Assembly: GCA_051882695.1 (NCBI GenBank)
Contig: JBJESH010000329.1
Span: forward strand, 1 to 28,693
Reading direction: 5' to 3'
DNA: 28,693 bases
From: Oscillospiraceae bacterium
GTDB taxonomy: Bacteria > Bacillota > Clostridia > Oscillospirales > Ruminococcaceae
Shown: positions 1 through 8,924 of the stretch, piece after piece
How positions within the stretch are numbered: the first letter of the stretch is position 1
How the letters are laid out: the number at the start of each line of letters is the position of its first letter
Position numbers and translations under genes: made by a program
Notes under the pieces: model-generated
Told to the model about the DNA's origin: nothing
The model's database searches: none
What the model saw: the letters and a program-made list of their open reading frames with translations, nothing else

Positions 1-610
1 CGTCGTCGCCTGCTTTGATGAAGTCCATCATCTTGCCGAAGTTTACAAACTTGTAACCGATGATCTCATTGTCTTCGTTAAGAGCGATACCTGTTACATA
101 GCCGTCTGTCATTTCGAGGTAGCGGGGACCCTTTGCAAGTGTACCGTACATAGTACCTACCTGAGAACGGAGACCCTTACCAAGATCCTCAAGACCTGCA
201 CCGATTGCAAGACCATCCTCGGAAAATGCGCTCTGTGAACGTCCGTATACGATCTGGAGGAACAGCTCTCTCATAGCTGTGTTGATAGCATCGCAAACAA
301 GGTCTGTGTTAAGAGCCTCAAGAATTGTTCTGCCGGGAAGGATCTCAGAAGCCATAGCTGCTGAATGAGTCATACCGGAACATCCGATAGTTTCAACAAG
401 AGCCTCCTGAATTACGCCGTCCTTAACGTTAAGAGAAAGCTTACAAGTACCCTGCTGAGGAGCACACCAGCCGATACCGTGTGTGAAACCGGAAATATCC
501 TTGATCTCCTTAGCCTTTACCCATTTTGCTTCTTCCGGGATTGGTGCTGCGCCGTGAGCAACGCCTTGCGCTACGGGGCACATTTTTTCAACCTCATGAG
601 AATAAATCAT
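1..610 (-). CDS. IscU/NifU N-terminal-like Fe-S scaffold family protein, of the type usually paired with GGGtGRT protein; 3' end runs off the window
   Basis: Not in the ORF track; translated by hand from ATG at 610 (RBS AAAGGAG): MIYSHEVEKMCPVAQGVAHGAAPIPEEAKWVKAKEIKDISGFTHGIGWCAPQQGTCKLSLNVKDGVIQEALVETIGCSGMTHSAAMASEILPGRTILEALNTDLVCDAINTAMRELF...GPRYLEMTDGY... The frame is open for 203 codons to the window edge. The segment 'L.V.DG.I..A...T.GC......A...E...G.T..EA' matches the IscU core pattern. Confidence 0.8.
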   Translation of the reverse strand, partial: MIYSHEVEKMCPVAQGVAHGAAPIPEEAKWVKAKEIKDISGFTHGIGWCAPQQGTCKLSLNVKDGVIQEALVETIGCSGMTHSAAMASEILPGRTILEALNTDLVCDAINTAMRELFLQIVYGRSQSAFSEDGLAIGAGLEDLGKGLRSQVGTMYGTLAKGPRYLEMTDGYVTGIALNEDNEIIGYKFVNFGKMMDFIKAGDD

Positions 611-678
611 ATGTACATACTCCTTTCAGAATTTGCTATGTCCCGAAGCTGACTTCAAGGACGTTCGCATACGCATAT

Positions 679-707
679 ATTATACATCATTTCGACAAAT
701 AAAGCAA
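679..707 (-). promoter_or_regulatory. Putative sigmaA promoter of the IscU-like gene
   Basis: Minus strand TTGCTT (707-702), 17 bp spacer, TATAAT (684-679), about 70 bp upstream of the ATG. Confidence 0.65.
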
Positions 708-735
708 GAGCATTTTATGAATTAATGTGATTTTT

Positions 736-1548
736 TTAACGAATACAGTATTTTTCTGAAAACTCGTTTATTACTTTTTTAATTCCCGGATCCAGCAAAG
801 TCATTCCCCTGCTTCGTATGTACCCCGGAATTTCATAGCCGAACGCTTCGGCAATTCCTCCGGATATACAAGCAAGTGTATCAGAGTCACCGCCAAGAGA
901 AACTGCATTTCTTACTGTTTCTTCATAAGAATTACTTTCAAGAAAACAAATAATCGCCTGTGGAACAGAATTTGCAGTACGGCTGTCAAATTCGTAATTT
1001 TCTCTAATTTTGTCAACTGTCATATTAAGGTCATATTTAAAATTTTTCTCTGTATATACCTTTATTTCAGTCTTTGAACAGCCTTTTCTCGCCATATAAA
1101 CTGCTGCCGGAACTGCTTTTGCACCATTAATTGCTTCTTTGTTATTATGTGTATATAATGCGCTTAACGTTGACTGTTTAAGTACTTCTTCAATACTATT
1201 ATAAGCATAACCGATAGGGACAACACGCATAGCAGCACCGTTCCCGTAACTTTTTTGACGAAAAATCATATCATTTTCAGCCCACTCGGAGAACATCTTT
1301 CCAAAGCCTGAACAGGGGTAACGATGATAATATTGCTTATAACGTGCAGCATACTCCAATGCACGTTTTCTGTAATCGGTAAATATTGTTTCATCCGAAT
1401 TATACATTATTGCATCGCATACTGCCGCAGTCATAACAGTATCATCCGTAAAACAGCTTTGCGGTGTAAATATTTCAAAATCATAATTTTTTGTATAGTG
1501 CCGTTCATAATATGAGCCGATAATATCTCCGAAAATTGCACCATACAT
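736..1548 (-). CDS. ADP-ribosylglycohydrolase (DraG/ARH family), 270 aa
   Basis: Start moved to MYGAIFGDIIGS (ATG 1548, RBS GGAGG); the track's extension runs into the tRNA-His gene. Family motifs: GDIIG, FTDDT, SYGNGAAMR, GGDSDT. Confidence 0.88.
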   Translation of the reverse strand: MYGAIFGDIIGSYYERHYTKNYDFEIFTPQSCFTDDTVMTAAVCDAIMYNSDETIFTDYRKRALEYAARYKQYYHRYPCSGFGKMFSEWAENDMIFRQKSYGNGAAMRVVPIGYAYNSIEEVLKQSTLSALYTHNNKEAINGAKAVPAAVYMARKGCSKTEIKVYTEKNFKYDLNMTVDKIRENYEFDSRTANSVPQAIICFLESNSYEETVRNAVSLGGDSDTLACISGGIAEAFGYEIPGYIRSRGMTLLDPGIKKVINEFSEKYCIR

Positions 1549-1567
1549 ACCTGTCAATCCTCCTAAT

Positions 1568-1606
1568 AAAATAAAAAATCCGTCCATCATATTAAATGAA
1601 GAACGG
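1568..1606 (-). terminator. Intrinsic terminator after the tRNA operon
   Basis: Minus strand CCGTTC-T-TCAT/ttaat/ATGA-T-GGACGG hairpin followed by ATTTTTTATTTT. Confidence 0.6.
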
Positions 1607-1614
1607 TTAATTTT

Positions 1615-1692
<78 letters not shown>

Positions 1693-1697
1693 ATATT

Positions 1698-1774
1698 TGG
1701 CGCGCCTTACTGGACTCGAACCAGTGGCTTACTGCTTAGAAGGCAGTTACTCTATCCAGCTGAGTTAAAGGCGC
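1698..1774 (-). tRNA. tRNA-Arg(UCU)
   Basis: GCGCCTT/AAGGCGC acceptor stem, ACTGC-CT-TCT-AA-GCAGT anticodon arm, TTCGAGT T-loop, encoded CCA. Confidence 0.97.
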
Positions 1775-1778
1775 GTAT

Positions 1779-1852
1779 TGGAGCGGGTGATGGGAATCGA
1801 ACCCACGCGACCAGCTTGGAAGGCTGGAGTTCTACCATTGAACTACACCCGC
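1779..1852 (-). tRNA. tRNA-Gly(UCC)
   Basis: GCGGGTG/CACCCGC acceptor stem, U73, CCAGC-CT-TCC-AA-GCTGG anticodon arm, encoded CCA. Confidence 0.97.
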
Positions 1853-1876
1853 GTCTATCTCTCAACGACAAAATTA

Positions 1877-1905
1877 ATTATACCATAATAAATTTCAATT
1901 GTCAA
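1877..1905 (-). promoter_or_regulatory. Consensus sigmaA promoter of the tRNA operon
   Basis: TTGACA (1905-1900), 17 bp spacer, TATAAT (1882-1877), with extended -10 TG and an A/T-rich upstream element. Confidence 0.9.
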
Positions 1906-1926
1906 TACTTTTTCTGAATTTTTCCG

Positions 1927-1965
1927 AAAAAAATTTGTGCAGGAAAGCGTCAGCTCCCCTGCACA
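1927..1965 (-). terminator. Intrinsic terminator after the ClpE-like gene
   Basis: TGTGCAGG...CCTGCACA inverted repeat (1936-1943 / 1958-1965) followed on the minus strand by AA then T7. Confidence 0.75.
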
Positions 1966-1971
1966 TTTTTA

Positions 1972-4293
1972 TCAAAGAGCAGTAATTTCAATTTCGCCTT
2001 TCTTTTCGCCGATTTTTATAACAGCCAATGGATTTTCTGCGCTGCTGATTATAAGCTCTGCAATCTTATCTTCGATTTCAGTACGGATAACCTTGCGGAT
2101 ATCTCTTGCGCCGAACTTTTTGCCGAATGCTTTTTCGGCGATTGCTGTAAGGGCTTTTTTGCTGTATTTAAGAGCAATTCCCTTTTCAGCAAGAGGTTCT
2201 TTCATTTCGTCAAGCATGAGTGCAGCTATCTGCTCGTAATTTTCAAGCGTAAGCGGATTAAACACGATAACCTCATCAATACGGCTCAAAAACTCGGGTC
2301 TAAGGAAGTCCGAAAGAGCTTTCATAGCCTTTTCTTTGGAAATTTCTTTTTCCGATTTGTTAAAGCCAACGCCTGTTCCCTTATCGGTTGAACCGGCATT
2401 TGATGTCATTGCAATAATCGTATTCTCAAAGCTTACCGAACGTCCCTGCGCATCGTTAACTTTTCCCTCGTCAAGAATTTGAAGAAGAATGTTCATTACA
2501 TCTGGATGCGCCTTTTCGATTTCGTCAAACAGCACCACGCTGTACGGTTTTCTGCGAACCTTTTCAGTAAGCTGTCCTGCCTCGTCGTAACCCACATATC
2601 CCGGAGGAGAACCTATAAGTCTTGAAACGCTGTGCTTTTCCATATACTCTGTCATATCAAGACGGATAAGCGGTTCAGTTCCGTCAAAAAGTTCTGATGC
2701 AAGAACCTTTACAAGTTCTGTTTTTCCGACACCCGTAGGTCCAACAAATATAAATGAAGCAGGTCTGCGGCGTTTTGAAAGCTGAACTCTTGTACGTTTG
2801 ATCGCTTTGCTGACAAGTTCTACTGCTTCGTCCTGACCAATTATATGCTGCTTTAAGGTATCTTCAAGACTTGCGATTTTGTTATACTCACTTTCAATGA
2901 CCTTGCTTGCAGGAATACCGGTCCAAAGCTCTATTACCTTTGACAGATCAGCTTCGGTAACATAGATATTTTCCACCTTTTCCGCAAGCTCGTTTTTTTC
3001 TTTTTCAAGTCTGATAATATCAGCTCTCGATTCAGCTATTTTGGCAAAATCGGGGTTGGACGATTCCTCCATCTCAGTAACATTTTTCTCTGCTTCGTCA
3101 AGCTTTTTGGTCAATTCGTCGTACTCCCCTATTTCCTTGCTGCGTATGCTTGTGCAGGCACAAGCTTCGTCAAGCAAGTCAATTGCCTTATCGGGAAGGA
3201 ATCTATCGTTAATATAACGCTCGGAAAGTACCGCACATCGTTTTAGGAGCTCGTCGGTAATTTTTACACGGTGATGCTCTTCATAATATTTGCGTATTCC
3301 GAAAAGCACTTCTTCGGTTTCAGAAATACTCGGTTCAGTTACCGTTACAGGCTGGAAACGGCGTTCAAGTGCGCTGTCCTTTTCAATATATTTACGGTAT
3401 TCCTTAAATGTAGTTGCACCGATAACCTGAACCTCACCTCTTGAAAGTGCAGGTTTAAGAATATTGGCGGCATTCATTGAACCTTCACTATCACCTGTCC
3501 CCACGAGATTGTGTACCTCATCAATAAACAGGATAATATTTCCTTCAGACTTGACCTCGTCTATAAGACCCTTTACACGGCTTTCAAACTGACCGCGAAA
3601 CTGTGTTCCGGCTACAAGAGCAGTAAGATCAAGCAGATAAACTTTTTTATCTTTCAAATTAAACGGAACATCACCTGCAACAATTTTCTGTGCAATACCC
3701 TCGGCAATCGCAGTTTTTCCGACACCCGGTTCACCGATAAGGCACGGGTTGTTTTTCTGACGGCGTGATAAAATTTGTATAGTACGAGCTATTTCTTTAT
3801 CTCTGCCGATTATGTTGTCAAGCTTGCCCTCTTCAGCTCGCTCTGTAAGATTAGTGCAGTAGCTATCAAGAAATTTATGCTTTTTCTTTTTAGTTTTGCC
3901 CTTTTTATTATTTTCGGATACGACACTTTCAGAAGGCTCAATTTCATCTCCGAACTCATCTGAAATATTGTCAGACTCAGCCTTTTTACCAACTAAGTCA
4001 CTGAAATTCTTTATTGAGCCGCCGAACAAATTCTGAATGAAATTAGGAAGCGCACCTGTTCCTCCGTGCTGAAAAGAATCACCGTCAAGCGCTTCGGAAA
4101 AATCCGTCATCTGGTCGGCAAACTCTTCCACATCATCATCATCAATTCCCATTTGTTCCATATACTCCCGAACCTGCGGAATGCCAAGCTCCTTTGCACA
4201 GACAAGGCACAATCCCTCATTCCGCTTTTCTTCACCCTGCATTGCCGTTATAAACACAACTGCAGTTCTTTTCTTGCATCTTGTACAAAGCAT
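1972..4293 (-). CDS. clpE: ATP-dependent Clp protease ATP-binding subunit, ClpE-like (N-terminal Zn finger), 773 aa
   Basis: Start moved to MLCTRCKK (ATG 4293, RBS GGAGG). CxxC...CxxC N-terminus; two AAA+ modules ([13 protein letters not shown] and [15 protein letters not shown]); ClpP-docking-type VGF loop. The clpE versus clpC label rests on the N-domain type. Confidence 0.85.
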   Translation of the reverse strand: MLCTRCKKRTAVVFITAMQGEEKRNEGLCLVCAKELGIPQVREYMEQMGIDDDDVEEFADQMTDFSEALDGDSFQHGGTGALPNFIQNLFGGSIKNFSDLVGKKAESDNISDEFGDEIEPSESVVSENNKKGKTKKKKHKFLDSYCTNLTERAEEGKLDNIIGRDKEIARTIQILSRRQKNNPCLIGEPGVGKTAIAEGIAQKIVAGDVPFNLKDKKVYLLDLTALVAGTQFRGQFESRVKGLIDEVKSEGNIILFIDEVHNLVGTGDSEGSMNAANILKPALSRGEVQVIGATTFKEYRKYIEKDSALERRFQPVTVTEPSISETEEVLFGIRKYYEEHHRVKITDELLKRCAVLSERYINDRFLPDKAIDLLDEACACTSIRSKEIGEYDELTKKLDEAEKNVTEMEESSNPDFAKIAESRADIIRLEKEKNELAEKVENIYVTEADLSKVIELWTGIPASKVIESEYNKIASLEDTLKQHIIGQDEAVELVSKAIKRTRVQLSKRRRPASFIFVGPTGVGKTELVKVLASELFDGTEPLIRLDMTEYMEKHSVSRLIGSPPGYVGYDEAGQLTEKVRRKPYSVVLFDEIEKAHPDVMNILLQILDEGKVNDAQGRSVSFENTIIAMTSNAGSTDKGTGVGFNKSEKEISKEKAMKALSDFLRPEFLSRIDEVIVFNPLTLENYEQIAALMLDEMKEPLAEKGIALKYSKKALTAIAEKAFGKKFGARDIRKVIRTEIEDKIAELIISSAENPLAVIKIGEKKGEIEITAL

Positions 4294-4316
4294 ATCGTTG
4301 TTGTCCTCCATATCTT

Positions 4317-5192
4317 CTATTTCAGTATCAGAGACATAAGAAAGAATGTTCCGCTGTAAAGCCATTTGAACACATACGTCTCTGAAATCACATTAGCATT
4401 AAGGTATTCATTTGCATCAGAAGTAAATTTAATAAATAAGCTTACTCCCACATTTAAAATTATTATAAAAAGCAAGCTCTGCAAAAATCCGAATATAATC
4501 CCGAAAAAGCTGTCTGCTGAACGCACAGCAGGTATCTCCCGTATAATTTTTGCCGCTCGTGAAATCAGTGAGACCACTAAGCATACAACTGCAAAAGTCA
4601 ATGCGAATAACACTGCTTTTACAGTTTTCATCATGACAGGTCTGACGATTTCTCTTTCAACTATTTCAATGACCGATTGTTTCTTTTCTGTCAGCAATTC
4701 AAGCTTACGGTCGTTTTCCATATCGGTTTCTTCAAGATATTTGTTAGCTTCTTCAATTATTTCATCCGGAACAACTCCGGAAAAGGCTTCCGTAATTGCT
4801 CGGCAATAATCGGTAAACATATGATTAAGTGTATCACGAAATTGTTCATCCGTCAATATTTCAGCATAATTTTCACCATTTTCAATAACTGAAGTCAACT
4901 GCTCTTCCGACAGGTTTATTCCGTTTTCGGAAAGCAGAATACCAAGCTTCTGCGGTGAAAGATACTCATCAGAAAGCTCTTCGGATTTTGTTTCAAGAGC
5001 TGATAAAACCACAGGCTTGACAACATTTTCATACACATATCCGGAAGCTGCACTGCTGACAAATACCGCAGCGGCAAACGCTGCAATGTATCCTGCAAGA
5101 GAAATCAGCATTCTTACCGCACCCTTGCGCGAGCCTGCATAAATAAAACCTATTACAGCAACAGCAATTGCAAGGTCCAGTATATAATTCAA
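4317..5192 (-). CDS. CvpA (colicin V production) family membrane protein with a long soluble insert
   Basis: N-terminal 'LDLAIAV...IYAGSRKGAVRMLISL' and C-terminal 'ADSFFGIIFGFL' patterns; four hydrophobic segments with an acidic insert of about 140 aa. Confidence 0.75.
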   Translation of the reverse strand: MNYILDLAIAVAVIGFIYAGSRKGAVRMLISLAGYIAAFAAAVFVSSAASGYVYENVVKPVVLSALETKSEELSDEYLSPQKLGILLSENGINLSEEQLTSVIENGENYAEILTDEQFRDTLNHMFTDYCRAITEAFSGVVPDEIIEEANKYLEETDMENDRKLELLTEKKQSVIEIVEREIVRPVMMKTVKAVLFALTFAVVCLVVSLISRAAKIIREIPAVRSADSFFGIIFGFLQSLLFIIILNVGVSLFIKFTSDANEYLNANVISETYVFKWLYSGTFFLMSLILK

Positions 5193-5219
5193 GCAATCAA
5201 TCCTTTCGATACACCATCG

Positions 5220-6410
5220 TTAATTGTAATCTATCCTGTTTATTTCATCATATCCCAAAAGGTAAATATATTTATTCATACGCAGAAAATCTTCATACTC
5301 TGTATCAAGTTCAACAGAAGAAATCGGTTCACCGCTTGCTGTACATGATTCAATACCAAACGATGTCTGCATATAAACAGTATCCCCACTGACCTGCAAA
5401 TTAAGCACTTCATAATCAAGTGCTTTTTTATTTACAGCGCCGCTTGAGCAATCAATAGTCACAAGTTCTGAGTTTCTTCGTTCATCGTTCACAAATGTCA
5501 TTGCAGCAATATTTCCGTCTGAGGAATAATCAACAAGTCTGCGTTCATATTCGTAACTGTTTATAAAATTACCATTGGTATCGTAATATGCACATATTGT
5601 ATCGCCGAACATTATAATATTATTCTCACCGTACAAACGTACTGACAGCGCCAAGGTTTCAATATTTTCTGTTTCCCAGACAGGCTGCGGATTTCCCAAT
5701 GCGTCATAGTCGATATGGTCAAAACGGTAATACAGCATTCTTGAAACTATAAATCCTCCTGAAACGCCGATATTAGTTATATAGCATCCCGAATTATCTG
5801 AATTAAATGTAACATCAATAATTCTTGAAACAGAGCGATAATTAAAAATATTCTTTCCGTTGGCGTCATATACCATAAGTACGGAAGGATATTTATCGCT
5901 TCCTGTTACGACCGCAGCCGTATCATTGCTTCCGAGACGAGCAAGAAGTATAGGCTCATCGGTAGACTTGCTGTAAATATTTTTGTATTTACTGTAAAGT
6001 CCGAAGCTTTTTCCGCCAAGATCATAAATCAGAGCCTTTTTATTTCCTGTTGTAATAATCGGATTTGCAAAGGTATGCTGAGCAGAAAAAATAAGCTTTC
6101 CGTCATCGTTATGTACAAAAAAATGCGAATCATCAACTATTGCTACACTATCGTCAAGCGGCTTTAACTGATAGCTTGCGCCGCCCTCAATCGAAAGTGG
6201 GAAATGCCCCTCGGCAAGCTCTGCCGTATTATTCGGAACGGGGAGCCTTGTAAGTATCCCGTCAAGCTTAGGATACCACAGATCTTTAGTCAAAGCTATT
6301 GCAGTAACTGCGGCTGCCACAATCAATATAATCACAAGCTTTTTCAGAAATTTAACAGCCTTTTTCTTTTTTCTTCTCTCACGAAGCATTGAAATATCTG
6401 TTACCGCCAA
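5220..6410 (-). CDS. Membrane-anchored protein, DUF5711-like (probable beta-propeller)
   Basis: TTG start with RBS AAAGGAGG; polybasic N-terminus, one TM helix, then repeated beta-strand-rich segments. The family name comes from recall of similar clostridial proteins next to CvpA and was not searched. Confidence 0.6.
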   Translation of the reverse strand: MAVTDISMLRERRKKKKAVKFLKKLVIILIVAAAVTAIALTKDLWYPKLDGILTRLPVPNNTAELAEGHFPLSIEGGASYQLKPLDDSVAIVDDSHFFVHNDDGKLIFSAQHTFANPIITTGNKKALIYDLGGKSFGLYSKYKNIYSKSTDEPILLARLGSNDTAAVVTGSDKYPSVLMVYDANGKNIFNYRSVSRIIDVTFNSDNSGCYITNIGVSGGFIVSRMLYYRFDHIDYDALGNPQPVWETENIETLALSVRLYGENNIIMFGDTICAYYDTNGNFINSYEYERRLVDYSSDGNIAAMTFVNDERRNSELVTIDCSSGAVNKKALDYEVLNLQVSGDTVYMQTSFGIESCTASGEPISSVELDTEYEDFLRMNKYIYLLGYDEINRIDYN

Positions 6411-6424
6411 GCTTATCCCCTCCT

Positions 6425-7159
6425 TTAATAGAATACTTTATTGAGATACAACCCATGCGCAGGAACAGTTTTTCCTGCAAGGTTTCTGTCATTTGCCGCA
6501 AGAATTGCCGGTATCGCATCGGGTGCAATTTTATTTTCATTTATAAATATAAGTGTTCCAACCATGATCCTAACCATATTATACAAAAATCCGTCACCTT
6601 TTACAATAAGTTTCACAAGATTTTCATTTTTCTCAATTTTAAAGTATTCCACAGTACGAACGCTGTTTTCCTTTTGGTTTGCAGTTCCGCAGAATGAAGT
6701 AAAATCATGAGTTCCAACAAAGTCCTGTGCAGCGCGTTCGATAAGATCAATATTCAAAGCAAACGGATAATGCAGCGCCAAATCAGACAGAAACGGATCC
6801 CTGCTCATTCTGTTCAAAATTAGATAAACATACTCTTTACCTTTGCAGGAATAACGTGCATGAAAATCCGCGGGAACTTCCTCACAGCTTAAAATTGCCA
6901 GATCATCTGGAAGAATTGAGTTCATTCCGCGAATAATATTATTACATGGAATTCCATGCTCGGTTTCAAACGAAAAGCAATACACATTTGCATGAACGCC
7001 CGTATCAGTCCTTGAACATCCGTTGATTTTTACGGGCGCATTCGTAAGCGATGAAAGCTTTTCCTCAAGAATATTCTGTATTCCGACGGCATTTTCCTGC
7101 CGCTGAAAGCCGTGATATGCCGTACCTCTGTACGCCATCATAACCTTTAAATTTCGCAT
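6425..7159 (-). CDS. truA: tRNA pseudouridine(38-40) synthase TruA
   Basis: GCSRTDTGVHA catalytic Asp motif, HDFTSF, GFLYNMVR, PAHGLYL; start MRNLK (ATG 7159). Confidence 0.96.
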   Translation of the reverse strand: MRNLKVMMAYRGTAYHGFQRQENAVGIQNILEEKLSSLTNAPVKINGCSRTDTGVHANVYCFSFETEHGIPCNNIIRGMNSILPDDLAILSCEEVPADFHARYSCKGKEYVYLILNRMSRDPFLSDLALHYPFALNIDLIERAAQDFVGTHDFTSFCGTANQKENSVRTVEYFKIEKNENLVKLIVKGDGFLYNMVRIMVGTLIFINENKIAPDAIPAILAANDRNLAGKTVPAHGLYLNKVFY

Positions 7160-7168
7160 AGGCACACC

Positions 7169-7972
7169 TTACCCCAACATACAGTTAAGCAGGATCACTA
7201 TATCAAGAAATACTACTGAAATACCAAGCGCAAAGTAGTCCGTACCTGTTGAATGCAGCTGACGAAGCCTTGTTCTTCCGTCACCGCCCTGATAACAGCG
7301 GCACTCCATAGCAAGGGCAAGCTCCTCGGCGCGTCTGAACGCAGAAACAAAAAGAGGTATCAGGATAGGAGTAAGCGCTTTTGCACGCTGTATAAGGCTT
7401 CCGCTTTCCATATCAGCGCCTCTTGCCTTCTGAGCAGACATGATCTTATCCGTTTCCTCAATAAGAGTAGGAATAAATCTAAGAGCAATAGTCATCATCA
7501 TTGCAAGCTCATGGACCGGAAGCTTTATTCTTTTCAGCGGTGAAAGAAGTCTTTCAATTGCATCGGTAAGTGTTATAGGCGAAGTTGTATAGGTAAGCAG
7601 TGAGCTGCCCATGATAAGCGCAATAATACGGATTATCATAAATGCACTGGTACGGAGCCCCTCAACAGTTATTTTAAGAAATCCAAGCTTAAAAATAGTT
7701 ACGCCGTCAAGAAAGAAAATATTTAAAACAGATGTAAAAAGTATTATCGGAACTATAGGTTTAAGGCTTTTAAGCATAAGCTTGAATGGTATTTGTGACA
7801 GCAGGAAGCTGATGATAAGAAATACTGCTCCCACACCAAGTCCTATAAAATTGTTAGCGGTGAAAAGCATTGCTATAAACACGCCGGTTATGATTATTTT
7901 AAATCTCGGGTCAAGCTTATGCACAACCGATTTTCCAGGGAAATACTGTCCTATTGTTATATCTTTAAGCAT
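7169..7972 (-). CDS. ecfT: ECF transporter transmembrane component EcfT
   Basis: Start MLKDITIGQYFPG (ATG 7972, overlaps the ecfA2 stop); HKLDPR, ALRFIPTL, ARG and ECRCY coupling motifs. Confidence 0.95.
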   Translation of the reverse strand: MLKDITIGQYFPGKSVVHKLDPRFKIIITGVFIAMLFTANNFIGLGVGAVFLIISFLLSQIPFKLMLKSLKPIVPIILFTSVLNIFFLDGVTIFKLGFLKITVEGLRTSAFMIIRIIALIMGSSLLTYTTSPITLTDAIERLLSPLKRIKLPVHELAMMMTIALRFIPTLIEETDKIMSAQKARGADMESGSLIQRAKALTPILIPLFVSAFRRAEELALAMECRCYQGGDGRTRLRQLHSTGTDYFALGISVVFLDIVILLNCMLG

Positions 7973-8834
7973 TGCTCTCACCTCGCTTTGCAAGGTATTC
8001 AAGTATAGTTTTGCGTGCAAACTCAGTTGTATACACATCAGTACGAATATCAATTCCGCTTTGCTTCAGGCGATTGAATACTCTTGTTATCTGCGGCACG
8101 GCAAGTCCTATTTTTGTAAGTTCCTCTGCACGCTTGAAAACAGACGGAGTATCCTCATAGCAAAATACCTGCGCTTTGTTCATTACAAGAATTTTATCCG
8201 CAAATTTTGCAACGTCCTCCATACTGTGGGAAACAAGCAGGACGGTCGACTTTTTCTGCCTGTGGTATTCTTTTATCTGTCCGAGAATTTTGTCCCTGCC
8301 CTTTGGGTCAAGGCCTGCAGTAGGCTCATCCAGAATAAGCACCTTTGGCTCCATTGCCATTACGCCGGCAATGGCGACCCGACGTTTCTGACCGCCCGAA
8401 AGCTCAAACGGAGACTTGTACAGATTATCCTTGTGCAGTCCCACAAGCTCTGCGGTTTCTTTAATACGGCGGTCGATCTCATCATCGGGAAGTCCCATGT
8501 TTTTAGGTCCGAAAGCGATGTCCTTATAGACGGTTTCCTCGAAAATCTGGTATTCGGGATACTGGAACACAAGTCCTACCTTAAATCGGATATCACGGAT
8601 CTTCACATCCTTGCTCCAGATATCTTCACCGTCAATATAGATTTTTCCCGATGTGGGCTTAACAAGTCCGTTGAAATGCTGGATAAGAGTTGACTTTCCC
8701 GAACCTGTATGACCGATTATCCCAACCAGCGCACCTTCCTCAATATCAAGATTAACGTTATCGACCGCTGTTTTTTCAAAAGGCGTACCGATACTGTATG
8801 TGTAAGTCAAATTCTCGGTTTTAATGACTGACAT
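7965..8834 (-). CDS. ecfA2: ECF transporter ATPase EcfA2
   Basis: GHTGSGKST, VFQYPEYQ, LSGGQKRR, LDEPTAGLDP; RBS GGAGG. Confidence 0.95.
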   Translation of the reverse strand: MSVIKTENLTYTYSIGTPFEKTAVDNVNLDIEEGALVGIIGHTGSGKSTLIQHFNGLVKPTSGKIYIDGEDIWSKDVKIRDIRFKVGLVFQYPEYQIFEETVYKDIAFGPKNMGLPDDEIDRRIKETAELVGLHKDNLYKSPFELSGGQKRRVAIAGVMAMEPKVLILDEPTAGLDPKGRDKILGQIKEYHRQKKSTVLLVSHSMEDVAKFADKILVMNKAQVFCYEDTPSVFKRAEELTKIGLAVPQITRVFNRLKQSGIDIRTDVYTTEFARKTILEYLAKRGESNA

Positions 8835-8924
8835 TTAAAATTCCTCCGACTTGGAATACATTTTTCAAACAATTGTAAAAACAAATTGTTTTAAAATAAC
8901 GTTTCCTTTTTTATAAATTAAGCC

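Noticed and set aside
712-729. Rex-like operator upstream of the IscU-like promoter
   Set aside because: Only one half-site (TTATGAA) resembles TTGTGAA-N4-TTCACAA; the other half does not match.
611-1614. tRNA-anchored genomic island or prophage at tRNA-His
   Set aside because: No integrase and no duplicated tRNA 3' end (att site) is visible downstream; only one gene lies between the tRNA and a conserved-looking locus.
7611-8693. 360 aa plus-strand ORF
   Set aside because: It is an antisense shadow of ecfT/ecfA2 with no RBS or recognizable motifs. The same applies to other antisense ORFs in the track (e.g. 4366-4809, 12495-13043, 14261-14782, 14810-15304, 15442-15963, 17177-17662, 22251-22715).
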